Assembly (NCBI GenBank): GCA_002269645.1
Contig: NIVC01000494.1
Location: 1-64,000 of the forward strand
Source of the DNA: Macrostomum lignano
Taxonomy: Eukaryota
Reading direction: 5' to 3'
Length of the DNA: 64,000 bases
Under the pieces are notes generated by a model. The model was not told the DNA's origin and made no database searches. It saw nothing but the letters and a program-made list of their open reading frames with translations. Below are positions 37,501 to 52,500 of this stretch, piece by piece. The number at the start of each line of letters is the position of its first letter. The stretch's first letter is position 1. The translations under genes were made by a program, and so were the position numbers.

Positions 37501-40500
37501 GTCCGGGAGATCATATGGGAGATCATATGGGTATCTTATGGGAGATTCTATGGGTAGTTTATGAGAGATTTAAATGGGTAGTTTATGGGAGATTATATGG
37601 GTAGTTTATGGGAGATTCTATGGGTAGCTAATGGGAGATTCTATGGGTAGTTTATGGGAGATTCTATGAGTAGCTTATGGGAGATTCTATGGGTAGTTTA
37701 TGGGAGATTCTATGGGTAGCTTATGGGAGATTCTATGGGTAGTTTATGGGAGATTCTATGGGTAGCTTATGGGAGATTATATGGGTAGTTTATGGGAGAT
37801 TCTATGGGTAGCTTATGGGAGATTATATGGGTAGTTTATGGGAGATTCTATGGGTAGTTTATGGGAGATTCTATGGGTAGCTTATGGGATATTCTATGGG
37901 TAGTTTATGAGAGATTCTATGGATAGTTTATGGGAGATTCTATGGGTAGTTTATGGGAGATTCTATGGGTAGTTTATGGGAGATTCTATGGGTATTTTAT
38001 GAAAGATTTAAATGGGTAGTTTATTGGAAATTTTATGGGTAGCTTATGGGAGATTCTATGGGTAGTTTATGGGAGATTCTATGGGTAGTTTATGGGAGAT
38101 TCTATGGGTAGTTTATGGGAGATTCTATGGGTAGTTTATTGGAGATTTCATGGGTAGTTTATGGGAGATTTCATGGGTAGTTTATGGGAGATCATATGGG
38201 TAGCTTATGGGAGATTCTATGGGTAGTTTATGAAAAATTTAAATGGGTAGCTTATGGGAGATTCTATGGGTAGTTTATGGGAGATTCTATGGGTAGTTTA
38301 TGAGAGATTTAAATGGGTAGCTTATGGGAGATTCTATGGGTAGTTTATGGGAGATTCTATGGATAGTTTATGGGAGATTCTATGGGTAGTTTATGGGAGA
38401 TTCTATGGGTAGTTTATGGGAGATTCTATGGGTAGCTTATGGGAGATTCTATGGGTAGCTTATGGGAGATTCTAGGGGTAGTTTATTGGAGATTAGATAG
38501 GGGTAGTTTATTGGAGATTAGACTATCTCCCTTAGAAGAAAACAAAGCACCAACCTGAAACAGCGCCTTGCCCTTGTCCGGGAGATCATATGGGAGATCA
38601 TATGGGTATCTTATGGGAGATTCTATGGGTAGTTTATGAGAGATTTAAATGGGTAGTTTATGGGAGATTATATGGGTAGTTTATGGGAGATTCTATGGGT
38701 AGCTAATGGGAGATTCTATGGGTAGTTTATGGGAGATTCTATGAGTAGCTTATGGGAGATTCTATGGGTAGTTTATGGGAGATTCTATGGGTAGCTTATG
38801 GGAGATTCTATGGGTAGTTTATGGGAGATTCTATGGGTAGCTTATGGGAGATTATATGGGTAGTTTATGGGAGATTCTATGGGTAGCTTATGGGAGATTA
38901 TATGGGTAGTTTATGGGAGATTCTATGGGTAGTTTATGGGAGATTCTATGGGTAGCTTATGGGATATTCTATGGGTAGTTTATGAGAGATTCTATGGATA
39001 GTTTATGGGAGATTCTATGGGTAGTTTATGGGAGATTCTATGGGTAGTTTATGGGAGATTCTATGGGTATTTTATGAAAGATTTAAATGGGTAGTTTATT
39101 GGAAATTTTATGGGTAGCTTATGGGAGATTCTATGGGTAGTTTATGGGAGATTCTATGGGTAGTTTATGGGAGATTCTATGGGTAGTTTATGGGAGATTC
39201 TATGGGTAGTTTATTGGAGATTTCATGGGTAGTTTATGGGAGATTTCATGGGTAGTTTATGGGAGATCATATGGGTAGCTTATGGGAGATTCTATGGGTA
39301 GTTTATGGGAAATTAAATGGGTAGCTTATGGGAGATTCTATGGGTAGTTTATGGGAGATTCTATGGGTAGTTTATGGGAGATTCTATGGGTAGTTTATGA
39401 GAGATTTAAATGGGTAGCTTATGGGAGATTCTATGGGTAGTTTATGGGAGATTCTATGGATAGTTTATGGGAGATTCTATGGGTAGTTTATGGGAGATTC
39501 TATGGGTAGTTTATGGGAGATTCTATGGGTAGCTTATGGGAGATTCTATGGGTAGCTTATGGGAGATTCTAGGGGTAGTTTATTGGAGATTAGATAGGGG
39601 TAGTTTATTGGAGATTAGACTATCTCCCTTAGAAGAAAACAAAGCACCAACCTGAAACAGCGCCTTGCCCTTGTCCGGGAGATCATATGGGAGATCATAT
39701 GGGTATCTTATGGGAGATTCTATGGGTAGTTTATGAGAGATTTAAATGGGTAGTTTATGGGAGATTCTATGGGTAGTTTATGGGAGATTCTATGGGTAGC
39801 TAATGGGAGATTCTATGGGTAGTTTATGGGAGATTCTATGAGTAGCTTATGGGAGATTCTATGGGTAGTTTATGGGAGATTCTATGGGTAGCTTATGGGA
39901 GATTCTATGGGTAGTTTATGGGAGATTCTATGGGTAGCTTATGGGAGATTATATGGGTAGTTTATGGGAGATTCTATGGGTAGCTTATGGGAGATTATAT
40001 AGGTAGTTTATGGGAGATTCTATGGGTAGTTTATGGGAGATTCTATGGGTAGCTTATGGGATATTCTATGGGTTGTTTATGAGAGATTCTATGGATAGTT
40101 TATGGGAGATTCTATGGGTAGTTTATGGGAGATTCTATGGGTAGTTTATGGGAGATTCTATGGGTATTTTATGAAAGATTTAAATGGGTAGTTTATTGGA
40201 AATTTTATGGGTAGCTTATGGAGATTCTATGGGTAGTTTATGGGAGATTCTATGGGTAGTTTATGGGAGATTCTATGGGTAGTTTATGGGAGATTCTATG
40301 GGTAGTTTATTGGAGATTTCATGGGTAGTTTATGGGAGATTTCATGGGTAGTTTATGGGAGATCATATGGGTAGCTTATGGGAGATTCTATGGGTAGTTT
40401 ATGAAAATTTAAATGGGTAGCTTATGGGAGATTCTATGGGTAGTTTATGGGAGATTCTATGGGTAGTTTATGGGAGATTCTATGGGTAGTTTATGAGAGA

Positions 40501-43500
40501 TTTAAATGGGTAGCTTATGGGAGATTCTATGGGTAGTTTATGGGAGATTCTATGGATAGTTTATGGGAGATTCTATGGGTAGTTTATGGGAGATTCTATG
40601 GGTAGTTTATGGGAGATTCTATGGGTAGCTTATGGGAGATTCTATGGGTAGCTTATGGGAGATTCTAGGGGTAGTTTATTGGAGATTAGATAGGGGTAGT
40701 TTATTGGAGATTAGACTATCTCCCTTAGAAGAAAACAAAGCACCAACCTGAAACAGCGCCTTGCCCTTGTCCGGGAGATCATATGGGAGATCATATGGGT
40801 AGCTTATGGGAGATTCTATGGGTAGTTTATGAGAGATCATATGGGTATCTTATGAGAGATTCTATGGGTAGTTTATGGGAGATTCTATGGGTAGCTTATG
40901 GGAGATTATATGGGTAGTTTATGGGAGATTCTATGGGTAGTTTATGGGAGATTCTATGGGTAGCTTATGGGATATTCTATGGGTAGTTTATGGGAGATTC
41001 TATGTATAGTTTATGGGAGATTCTATGGGTAGTTTATGGGAGATTCTATGGGTAGTTTATGGGAGATTCTATGGGTATTTTATGAAAGATTTAAATGGGT
41101 AGTTTATTGGAAATTTTATGGGTAGCTTATGGGAGATTCTATGGGTAGTTTATGGGAGATTCTATGGGTAGTTTATGGGAGATTCTATGGGTAGTTTATT
41201 GGAGATTTCATGGGTAGTTTATGGAAGATTTCATGGGTAGTTTATGAAAGATCATATGGGTAGCTTATGGGAGATTCTATGGGTAGTTTATGAAAAATTT
41301 AAATGGGTAGCTTATGGGAGATTCTATGGGTAGTTTATGGGAGATTCTATGGGTAGTTTATGGGAGATTCTATGGGTAGTTTATGGGAGATTCTATGGGT
41401 AGTTTATGAGAGATTTAAATGGGTAGCTTATGGGAGATTCTATGGGTAGTTTATGGGAGATTCTATGGATAGTTTATGGGAGATTCTATGGGTAGTTTAT
41501 GGGAGATTCTATGGGTAGTTTATGGGAGATTCTATGGGTAGCTTATGGGAGATTCTATGGGTAGCTTATGGGAGATTCTAGGGGTAGTTTATTGGAGATT
41601 AGATAGGGGTAGTTTATTGGAGATTAGACTATCTCCCTTAGAAGAAAACAAAGCACCAACCTGAAACAGCGCCTTGCCCTTGTCCGGGAGATCATATGGG
41701 AGATCATATGGGTATCTTATGGGAGATTCTATGGGTAGTTTATGAGAGATTTAAATGGGTAGTTTATGGGAGATTCTATGGGTAGTTTATGGGAGATTCT
41801 ATGGGTAGCTAATGGGAGATTCTATGGGTAGTTTATGGGAGATTCTATGGGTAGCTTATGGGAGATTCTATGGGTAGTTTATGGGAGATTCTATGGGTAG
41901 CTTATGGGAGATTCTATGGGTAGTTTATGGGAGATTCTATGGGTTGCTTATGGGAGATTATATGGGTAGTTTATGGGAGATTCTATGGGTAGCTTATGGG
42001 AGATTATATGGGTAGTTTATGGGAGATTCTATGGGTAGTTTATGGGAGATTCTATGGGTAGCTTATGGGATATTCTATGGGTAGTTTATGAGAGATTCTA
42101 TGGATAGTTTATGGGAGATTCTATGGGTAGTTTATGGGAGATTCTATGGGTAGTTTATGGGAGATTCTATGGGTATTTTATGAAAGATTTAAATGGGTAG
42201 TTTATTGGAAATTTTATGGGTAGCTTATGGGAGATTCTATGGGTAGTTTATGGGAGATTCTATGGGTAGTTTATGGGAGATTCTATGGGTAGTTTATGGG
42301 AGATTCTATGGGTAGTTTATTGGAGATTTCATGGGTAGTTTATGGGAGATTTCATGGGTAGTTTATGGGAGATCATATGGGTAGCTTATGGGAGATTCTA
42401 TGGGTAGTTTATGAAAAATTTAAATGGGTAGCTTATGGGAGATTCTATGGGTAGTTTATGGGAGATTCTATGGGTAGTTTATGGGAGATTCTATGGGTAG
42501 TTTATGAGAGATTTAAATGGGTAGCTTATGGGAGATTCTATGGGTAGTTTATGGGAGATTCTATGGATAGTTTATGGGAGATTCTATGGGTAGTTTATGG
42601 GAGATTCTATGGGTAGTTTATGGGAGATTCTATGGGTAGCTTATGGGAGATTCTATGGGTAGCTTATGGGAGATTCTAGGGGTAGTTTATTGGAGATTAG
42701 ATAGGGGTAGTTTATTGGAGATTAGACTATCTCCCTTAGAAGAAAACAAAGCACCAACCTGAAACAGCGCCTTGCCCTTGTCCGGGAGATCATATGGGAG
42801 ATCATATGGGTAGCTTATGGGAGATTCTATGGGTAGTTTATGAGAGATCATATGGGTATCTTATGAGAGATTCTATGGGTAGTTTATGAGAGATCATATG
42901 GGTAGCTTATGGGAGATTCTATGGGTAGTTTATGAGAGATTTAAATGGGTAGTTTATGGGAGATTCTATGGGTAGTTTATGGGAGATTCTATGGGTAGCT
43001 TATGGGAGATTCTATGGGTAGTTTATGGGAGATTCTATGAGTAGCTTATGGGAGATTCTATGGGTAGTTTATGGGAGATTCTATAGGTAGCTTATGGGAG
43101 ATTCTATGGGTAGTTTATGGGAGATTCTATGGGTAGCTTATGGGAGATTATATGGGTAGTTTATGGGAGATTCGATGGGTAGCTTATGGGAGATTATATG
43201 GGTAGTTTATGGGAGATTCTATGGGTAGTTTATGGGAGATTCTATGGGTAGCTTATGGGAGATTCTATGGGTAGTTTATGGGAGATTCTATGGATAGTTT
43301 ATGGGAGATTCTATGGGTAGTTTATGGGAGATTCTATGGGTAGTTTATGGGAGATTCTATGGGTATTTTATGAAAGATTTAAATGGGTAGTTTATTGGAA
43401 ATTTTATGGGTAGCTTATGGGAGATTCTATGGGTAGTTTATGGGAGATTCTATGGGTAGTTTATGGGAGATTCTATGGGTAGTTTATGGGAGATTCTATG

Positions 43501-46500
43501 AGTAGCTTATGGGAGATTCTATGGGTAGTTTATGGGAGATTCTATAGGTAGCTTATGGGAGATTCTATGGGTAGTTTATGGGAGATTCTATGGGTAGCTT
43601 ATGGGAGATTATATGGGTAGTTTATGGGAGATTCGATGGGTAGCTTATGGGAGATTCGATGGGTAGCTTATGGGAGATTATATGGGTAGTTTATGGGAGA
43701 TTCTATGGGTAGTTTATGGAGATTCTATGGGTAGCTTATGGGAGATTCTATGGGTAGTTTATGGGAGATTCTATGGATAGTTTATGGGAGATTCTATGGG
43801 TAGTTTATGGGAGATTCTATGGGTAGTTTATGGGAGATTCTATGGGTATTTTATGAAAGATTTAAATGGGTAGTTTATTGGAAATTTTATGGGTAGCTTA
43901 TGGGAGATTCTAGGGGTAGTTTATTGGAGATTAGATAGGGGTAGTTTATTGGAGATTAGACTATCTCCCTTAGAAGAAAACAAAGCACCAACCTGAAACA
44001 GCGCCTTGCCCTTGTCCGGGAGATCATATGGGAGATCATATGGGTAGCTTATGGGAGATTCTATGGGTAGTTTATGAGAGATCATATGGGTATCTTATGA
44101 GAGATTCTATGGGTAGTTTATGAGAGATCATATGGGTAGCTTATGGGAGATTCTATGGGTAGTTTATGAGAGATTTAAATGGGTAGTTTATGGGAGATTC
44201 TATGGGTAGTTTATGGGAGATTCTATGGGTAGCTTATGGGAGATTCTATGGGTAGTTTATGGGAGATTCTATGAGTAGCTTATGGGAGATTCTATGGGTA
44301 GTTTATGGGAGATTCTATAGGTAGCTTATGGGAGATTCTATGGGTAGTTTATGGGAGATTCTATGGGTAGCTTATGGGAGATTCTATGGGTAGCTTATGG
44401 GAGATTCTATGAGTAGCTTATGGGAGATTCTATGGGTAGTTTATGGGAGATTCTATAGGTAGCTTATGGGAGATTCTATGGGTAGTTTATGGGAGATTCT
44501 ATGGGTAGCTTATGGGAGATTATATGGGTAGTTTATGGGAGATTCTATGGGTAGCTTATGGGAGATTATATGGGTAGTTTATGGGAGATTCTATGGGTAG
44601 TTTATGGGAGATTCTATGGGTAGCTTATGGGAGATTCTATGGGTAGTTTATGGGAGATTCTATGGATAGTTTATGGGAGATTCTATGGGTAGTTTATGGG
44701 AGATTCTATGGGTAGTTTATGGGAGATTCTATGGGTATTTTATGAAAAATTTAAATGGGTAGTTTATTGGAAATTTTATGGGTAGCTTATGGGAGATTCT
44801 ATGGGTAGTTTATGGGAGATTCTATGGGTAGTTTATGGGAGATTCTATGGGTAACTTATGCGAGATTCCATGGGTAGTTTATTGGAGATTTTATGGGTAG
44901 TTTATGGGAGATTCTATGGGTAGCTTATTGGAGATTCTATGAGTAGTTTATGAGAGATTTAAATGGGTAGCTTGTGGGAGATTCTATGGGTAGTTTATGG
45001 GAGATTCTATGGGTAGTTTATGGGAGATTCTATGGGTAGTTTATGGGAGATTCTATGGGTAGTTTATGGGAGATTCTATGGGTAGCTTATGGGAGATTCT
45101 ATGGGTAGCTTATGGGAGATTCTAGGGGTAGTTTATTGGAGATTAGATAGGGGTAGTTTATTGGAGATTAGACTATCTCCCTTAGAAGAAAACAAAGCAC
45201 CAACCTGAAACAGCGCCTTGCCCTTGTCCGGGAGATCATATGGGAGATCATATGGGTATCTTATGAGAGATTCTATGGGTAGTTTATGAGAGATCATATG
45301 GGTAGCTTATGGGAGATTCTATGGGTAGTTTATGAGAGATCATATGGGTAGCTTATGGGAGATTCTATGGGTAGTTTATGAGAGATTTAAATGGGTAGCT
45401 TGTGGGAGATTCTATGGGTAGTTTATGGGAGATTCTATGGGTAGTTTATGGGAGATTCTATGAGTAGCTTATGGGAGATTCTATGGGTAGTTTATGGGAG
45501 ATTCTATAGGTAGCTTATGGGAGATTCTATGGGTAGTTTATGGGAGATTCTATGGGTAGCTTATGGGAGATTATATGGGTAGTTTATGGGAGATTCTATG
45601 GGTAGCTTATGGGAGATTATATGGGTAGTTTATGGGAGATTCTATGGGTAGTTTATGGGAGATTCTATGGGTAGTTTATGAAAAATTTAAATGGGTAGCT
45701 TATGGGAGATTCTATGGGTAGTTTATGGGAGATTCTATGGGTAGTTTATGGGAGATTCTATGGGTAGTTTATGAGAGATTTAAATGGGTAGCTTATGGGA
45801 GATTCTATGGGTAGTTTATGGGAGATTCTATGGATAGTTTATGGGAGATTCTATGGGTAGTTTATGGGAGATTCTATGGGTAGTTTATGGGAGATTCTAT
45901 GGGTAGCTTATGGGAGATTCTATGGGTAGCTTATGGGAGATTCTAGGGTAGTTTATTGGAGATTAGATAGGGGTAGTTTATTGGAGATTAGACTATCTCC
46001 CTTAGAAGAAAACAAAGCACCAACCTGAAACAGCGCCTTGCCCTTGTCCGGGAGATCATATGGGAGATCATATGGGTAGCTTATGGGAGATTCTATGGGT
46101 AGTTTATGAGAGATCATATGGGTATCTTATGAGAGATTCTATGGGTAGTTTATGAGAGATCATATGGGTAGCTTATGGGAGATTCTATGGGTAGTTTATG
46201 AGAGATTTAAATGGGTAGTTTATGGGAGATTCTATGGGTAGTTTATGGGAGATTCTATGGGTAGCTTATGGGAGATTCTATGGGTAGTTTATGGGAGATT
46301 CTATGAGTAGCTTATGGGAGATTCTATGGGTAGTTTATGGAGATTCTATAGGTAGCTTATGGGAGATTCTATGGGTAGTTTATGGGAGATTCTATGGGTA
46401 GCTTATGGGAGATTATATGGGTAGTTTATGGGAGATTCGATGGGTAGCTTATGGGAGATTATATGGGTAGTTTATGGGAGATTCTATGGGTAGTTTATGG

Positions 46501-49500
46501 GAGATTCTATGGGTAGCTTATGGGAGATTCTATGGGTAGTTTATGGGAGATTCTATGGATAGTTTATGGGAGATTCTATGGGTAGTTTATGGGAGATTCT
46601 ATGGGTAGTTTATGGGAGATTCTATGGGTATTTTATGAAAGATTTAAATGGGTAGTTTATTGGAAATTTTATGGGTAGCTTATGGGAGATTCTATGGGTA
46701 GTTTATGGGAGATTCTATGGGTAGTTTATGGGAGATTCTATGGGTAGTTTATGGGAGATTCTATGAGTAGCTTATGGGAGATTCTATGGGTAGTTTATGG
46801 GAGATTCTATAGGTAGCTTATGGGAGATTCTATGGGTAGTTTATGGGAGATTCTATGGGTAGCTTATGGGAGATTATATGGGTAGTTTATGGGAGATTCG
46901 ATGGGTAGCTTATGGGAGATTCGATGGGTAGCTTATGGGAGATTATATGGGTAGTTTATGGGAGATTCTATGGGTAGTTTATGGGAGATTCTATGGGTAG
47001 CTTATGGGAGATTCTATGGGTAGTTTATGGGAGATTCTATGGATAGTTTATGGGAGATTCTATGGGTAGTTTATGGGAGATTCTATGGGTAGTTTATGGG
47101 AGATTCTATGGGTATTTTATGAAAGATTTAAATGGGTAGTTTATTGGAAATTTTATGGGTAGCTTATGGGAGATTCTAGGGGTAGTTTATTGGAGATTAG
47201 ATAGGGGTAGTTTATTGGAGATTAGACTATCTCCCTTAGAAGAAAACAAAGCACCAACCTGAAACAGCGCCTTGCCCTTGTCCGGGAGATCATATGGGAG
47301 ATCATATGGGTAGCTTATGGGAGATTCTATGGGTAGTTTATGAGAGATCATATGGGTATCTTATGAGAGATTCTATGGGTAGTTTATGAGAGATCATATG
47401 GGTAGCTTATGGGAGATTCTATGGGTAGTTTATGAGAGATTTAAATGGGTAGTTTATGGGAGATTCTATGGGTAGTTTATGGGAGATTCTATGGGTAGCT
47501 TATGGGAGATTCTATGGGTAGTTTATGGGAGATTCTATGAGTAGCTTATGGGAGATTCTATGGGTAGTTTATGGGAGATTCTATAGGTAGCTTATGGGAG
47601 ATTCTATGGGTAGTTTATGGGAGATTCTATGGGTAGCTTATGGGAGATTCTATGGGTAGCTTATGGGAGATTCTATGAGTAGCTTATGGGAGATTCTATG
47701 GGTAGTTTATGGGAGATTCTATAGGTAGCTTATGGGAGATTCTATGGGTAGTTTATGGGAGATTCTATGGGTAGCTTATGGGAGATTATATGGGTAGTTT
47801 ATGGGAGATTCTATGGGTAGCTTATGGGAGATTATATGGGTAGTTTATGGGAGATTCTATGGGTAGTTTATGGGAGATTCTATGGGTAGCTTATGGGAGA
47901 TTCTATGGGTAGTTTATGGAGATTCTATGGATAGTTTATGGGAGATTCTATGGGTAGTTTATGGGAGATTCTATGGGTAGTTTATGGGAGATTCTATGGG
48001 TATTTTATGAAAAATTTAAATGGGTAGTTTATTGGAAATTTTATGGGTAGCTTATGGGAGATTCTATGGGTAGTTTATGGGAGATTCTATGGGTAGTTTA
48101 TGGGAGATTCTATGGGTAACTTATGCGAGATTCCATGGGTAGTTTATTGAAGATTTTATGGGTAGTTTATGGGAGATTCTATGGGTAGCTTATTGGAGAT
48201 TCTATGGGTAGTTTATGAGAGATTTAAATGGGTAGCTTGTGGGAGATTCTATGGGTAGTTTATGGGAGATTCTATGGGTAGTTTATGGGAGATTCTATGG
48301 GTAGTTTATGGGAGATTCTATGGGTAGTTTATGGGAGATTCTATGGGTAGCTTATGGGAGATTCTATGGGTAGCTTATGGGAGATTCTAGGGGTAGTTTA
48401 TTGGAGATTAGATAGGGGTAGTTTATTGGAGATTAGACTATCTCCCTTAGAAGAAAACAAAGCACCAACCTGAAACAGCGCCTTGCCCTTGTCCGGGAGA
48501 TCATATGGGAGATCATATGGGTATCTTATGAGAGATTCTATGGGTAGTTTATGAGAGATCATATGGGTAGCTTATGGGAGATTCTATGGGTAGTTTATGA
48601 GAGATCATATGGGTAGCTTATGGGAGATTCTATGGGTAGTTTATGAGAGATTCTATGGGTAGTTTATGGGAGATTCTATGAGTAGCTTATGGGAGATTCT
48701 ATGGGTAGTTTATGGGAGATTCTATAGGTAGCTTATGGGAGATTCTATGGGTAGTTTATGGGAGATTCTATGGGTAGCTTATGGGAGATTATATGGGTAG
48801 TTTATGGGAGATTCTATGGGTAGCTTATGGGAGATTATATGGGTAGTTTATGGGAGATTCTATGGGTAGCTAATGGGAGATTCTATGGGTAGTTTATGGG
48901 AGATTCTATGAGTAGCTTATGGGAGATTCTATGGGTAGTTTATGGGAGATTCTATGGGTAGCTTATGGGAGATTCTATGGGTAGTTTATGGGAGATTCTA
49001 TGGGTAGCTTATGGGAGATTATATGGGTAGTTTATGGGAGATTCTATGGGTAGCTTATGGGAGATTATATGGGTAGTTTATGGGAGATTCTATGGGTAGT
49101 TTATGGGAGATTCTATGGGTAGCTTATGGGATATTCTATGGGTAGTTTATGAGAGATTCTATGGATAGTTTATGGGAGATTCTATGGGTAGTTTATGGGA
49201 GATTCTATGGGTAGTTTATGGGAGATTCTATGGGTATTTATGAAAGATTTAAATGGGTAGTTTATTGGAAATTTATGGGTAGCTTATGGGAGATTCTATG
49301 GGTAGTTTATGGGAGATTCTATGGGTAGTTTATGGGAGATTCTATGGGTAGTTTATGGGAGATTCTATGGGTAGTTTATTGGAGATTTCATGGGTAGTTT
49401 ATGGGAGATTTCATGGGTAGTTTATGGGAGATCATATGGGTAGCTTATGGGAGATTCTATGGGTAGTTTATGAAAAATTTAAATGGGTAGCTTATGGGAG

Positions 49501-52500
49501 ATTCTATGGGTAGTTTATGGAGATTCTATGGGTAGTTTATGGGAGATTCTATGGGTAGTTTATGAGAGATTTAAATGGGTAGCTTATGGGAGATTCTATG
49601 GGTAGTTTATGGGAGATTCTATGGATAGTTTATGGGAGATTCTATGGGTAGTTTATGGGAGATTCTATGGGTAGTTTATGGGAGATTCTATGGGTAGCTT
49701 ATGGGAGATTCTATGGGTAGCTTATGGGAGATTCTAGGGTAGTTTATTGGAGATTAGATAGGGGTAGTTTATTGGAGATTAGACTATCTCCCTTAGAAGA
49801 AAACAAAGCACCAACCTGAAACAGCGCCTTGCTCTTGTCCGGGAGATCATATGGGAGATCATATGGGTAGCTTATGGGAGATTCTATGGGTAGTTTATGA
49901 GAGATCATATGGGTATCTTATGAGAGATTCTATGGGTAGTTTATGAGAGATCATATGGGTAGCTTATGGGAGATTCTATGGGTAGTTTATGAGAGATTTA
50001 AATGGGTAGTTTATGGGAGATTCTATGGGTAGTTTATGGGAGATTCTATGGGTAGCTTATGGGAGATTCTATGGGTAGTTTATGGGAGATTCTATGAGTA
50101 GCTTATGGGAGATTCTATGGGTAGTTTATGGGAGATTCTATAGGTAGCTTATGGGAGATTCTATGGGTAGTTTATGGGAGATTCTATGGGTAGCTTATGG
50201 GAGATTATATGGGTAGTTTATGGGAGATTCGATGGGTAGCTTATGGGAGATTATATGGGTAGTTTATGGGAGATTCTATGGGTAGTTTATGGGAGATTCT
50301 ATGGGTAGCTTATGGGAGATTCTATGGGTAGTTTATGGGAGATTCTATGGATAGTTTATGGGAGATTCTATGGGTAGTTTATGGGAGATTCTATGGGTAG
50401 TTTATGGAGATTCTATGGGTATTTTATGAAAGATTTAAATGGGTAGTTTATTGGAAATTTTATGGGTAGCTTATGGGAGATTCTATGGGTAGTTTATGGG
50501 AGATTCTATGGGTAGTTTATGGGAGATTCTATGGGTAGTTTATGGGAGATTCTATGAGTAGCTTATGGGAGATTCTATGGGTAGTTTATGGGAGATTCTA
50601 TAGGTAGCTTATGGGAGATTCTATGGGTAGTTTATGGGAGATTCTATGGGTAGCTTATGGGAGATTATATGGGTAGTTTATGGGAGATTCGATGGGTAGC
50701 TTATGGGAGATTCGATGGGTAGCTTATGGGAGATTATATGGGTAGTTTATGGGAGATTCTATGGGTAGTTTATGGGAGATTCTATGGGTAGCTTATGGGA
50801 GATTCTATGGGTAGTTTATGGGAGATTCTATGGATAGTTTATGGGAGATTCTATGGGTAGTTTATGGGAGATTCTATGGGTAGTTTATGGGAGATTCTAT
50901 GGGTATTTTATGAAAGATTTAAATGGGTAGTTTATTGGAAATTTTATGGGTAGCTTATGGGATATTCTATGGGTAGTTTATGGGATATTCTATGGGAGTT
51001 AGATGGGGTAGTTTATGGGAGATTAGACTATCTCCCTTAGAAGAAAACAAAGCACCAACCTGAAACAGCGCCTTGCCTTTGTCCGGATAAGCGTGGTTGA
51101 CCTCCTCTTTCCAGCGCACAATCGTTTCCTCGTCGCAGATGTCCAGATCGTACACAGCCATGAATGCGCGCAGCAGAGCATTGGGCGGGTTGCCAGCCCG
51201 GCTCCAGTGCACCAGTAGGCCATTGAGCAGCTCCAGGCCGTCCAGTTCGGCTAGAAGCTGCGCGTAGGGACCGAGACGGGCCTGGGCAATGGTGGCAATT
51301 TGATTTGATTATAGTGAGTGCAGTTGAATAGATAAACAGAAGATATCAAATCTCACTGTAGACTAGAGAATATCCGAAATCTCACCTTTAGATTAGAGAA
51401 AGACTGAAAAAAGTCTTACCCTTAGATTAGAGAAAGAAAATCGGATAACTCACCCTTAGGGAAAGACGATTTGAAATCTCACCCTTAGTTTTAGAAAGAA
51501 GATCCAAAATCTCACCATTAGATAAGAGAAAGACGATTTGAAGTCTCCCTCTTAGATTAGAGAAAGATCTGAAATCTCATCCTTAGATTAGAGAAATAAG
51601 ATTTAAAATCTCACCCTTACATTAGAGAAAGACAATTTGAAGTCTAACCGTTAGATTAGAGAAAGAAGATCGGATAACTCATCCTTAGGGAAAGACGATT
51701 TGAAATCTCACGCTTAGATTAGAGATAGATATTAAAATATGACCCTTAGGCCTTAGATTAGAGAAAGATTCGCAATCTCAACCCCTACAAGAGAATAAAG
51801 CTTCGAAATTTCACAAAACACAGAGTCTAGAGCTCATTCCTGCTGACCTTCTCTAACTGCAGTTTCTCCTTGTCAGTGTGCTCGGCACTGCTAGGATCGG
51901 TCTCCACAGCGGCATAGACGTGATGCACCAGGGCGTGAACAAATTCCGGCTTGCACAACAGTTCCGAATCGGCCTCGGCTACGAAAGCAGCAACAGCATC
52001 TGGCGAAGTGCCAACTCGACCGCGGCGAAGATCTTCGAGTAGTTTGAGTTTGGGCACTAAACTGGTCAAGCCGCGTTCTTCAACGGCGGCTAAGAGATCG
52101 GCGCCTTCGGGCAGAAGGTCGGACAGCTGCAAGCCAGATTCGGACAGTCTGGCTCGGGTCCAATCTGGTGACCGATTGGCTACCAGCTGCTGGAGTAGCA
52201 GCAGTCCGAGCGGATGGTGCCGACCACCGCGAAGTACAGCGAAACAGTCGGATAGGGAAACCTGCGTGTCGGGTTTTGGTTGGTTGGTTTATTAGTTTTT
52301 GGGGTATAATTATGAGAATATGGGACATAATTATATGAGAATATGGGATATAACTATGAGAATATGGGATATAACTATGAGAATATGGGATATAACTATG
52401 AGAATATGGGATATAACTATGAGAATTGGGATAGAATTATAGGAATATGGGATATAACTATGAGAATATGGGATATAACTATGAGAATATGGGATATAAC

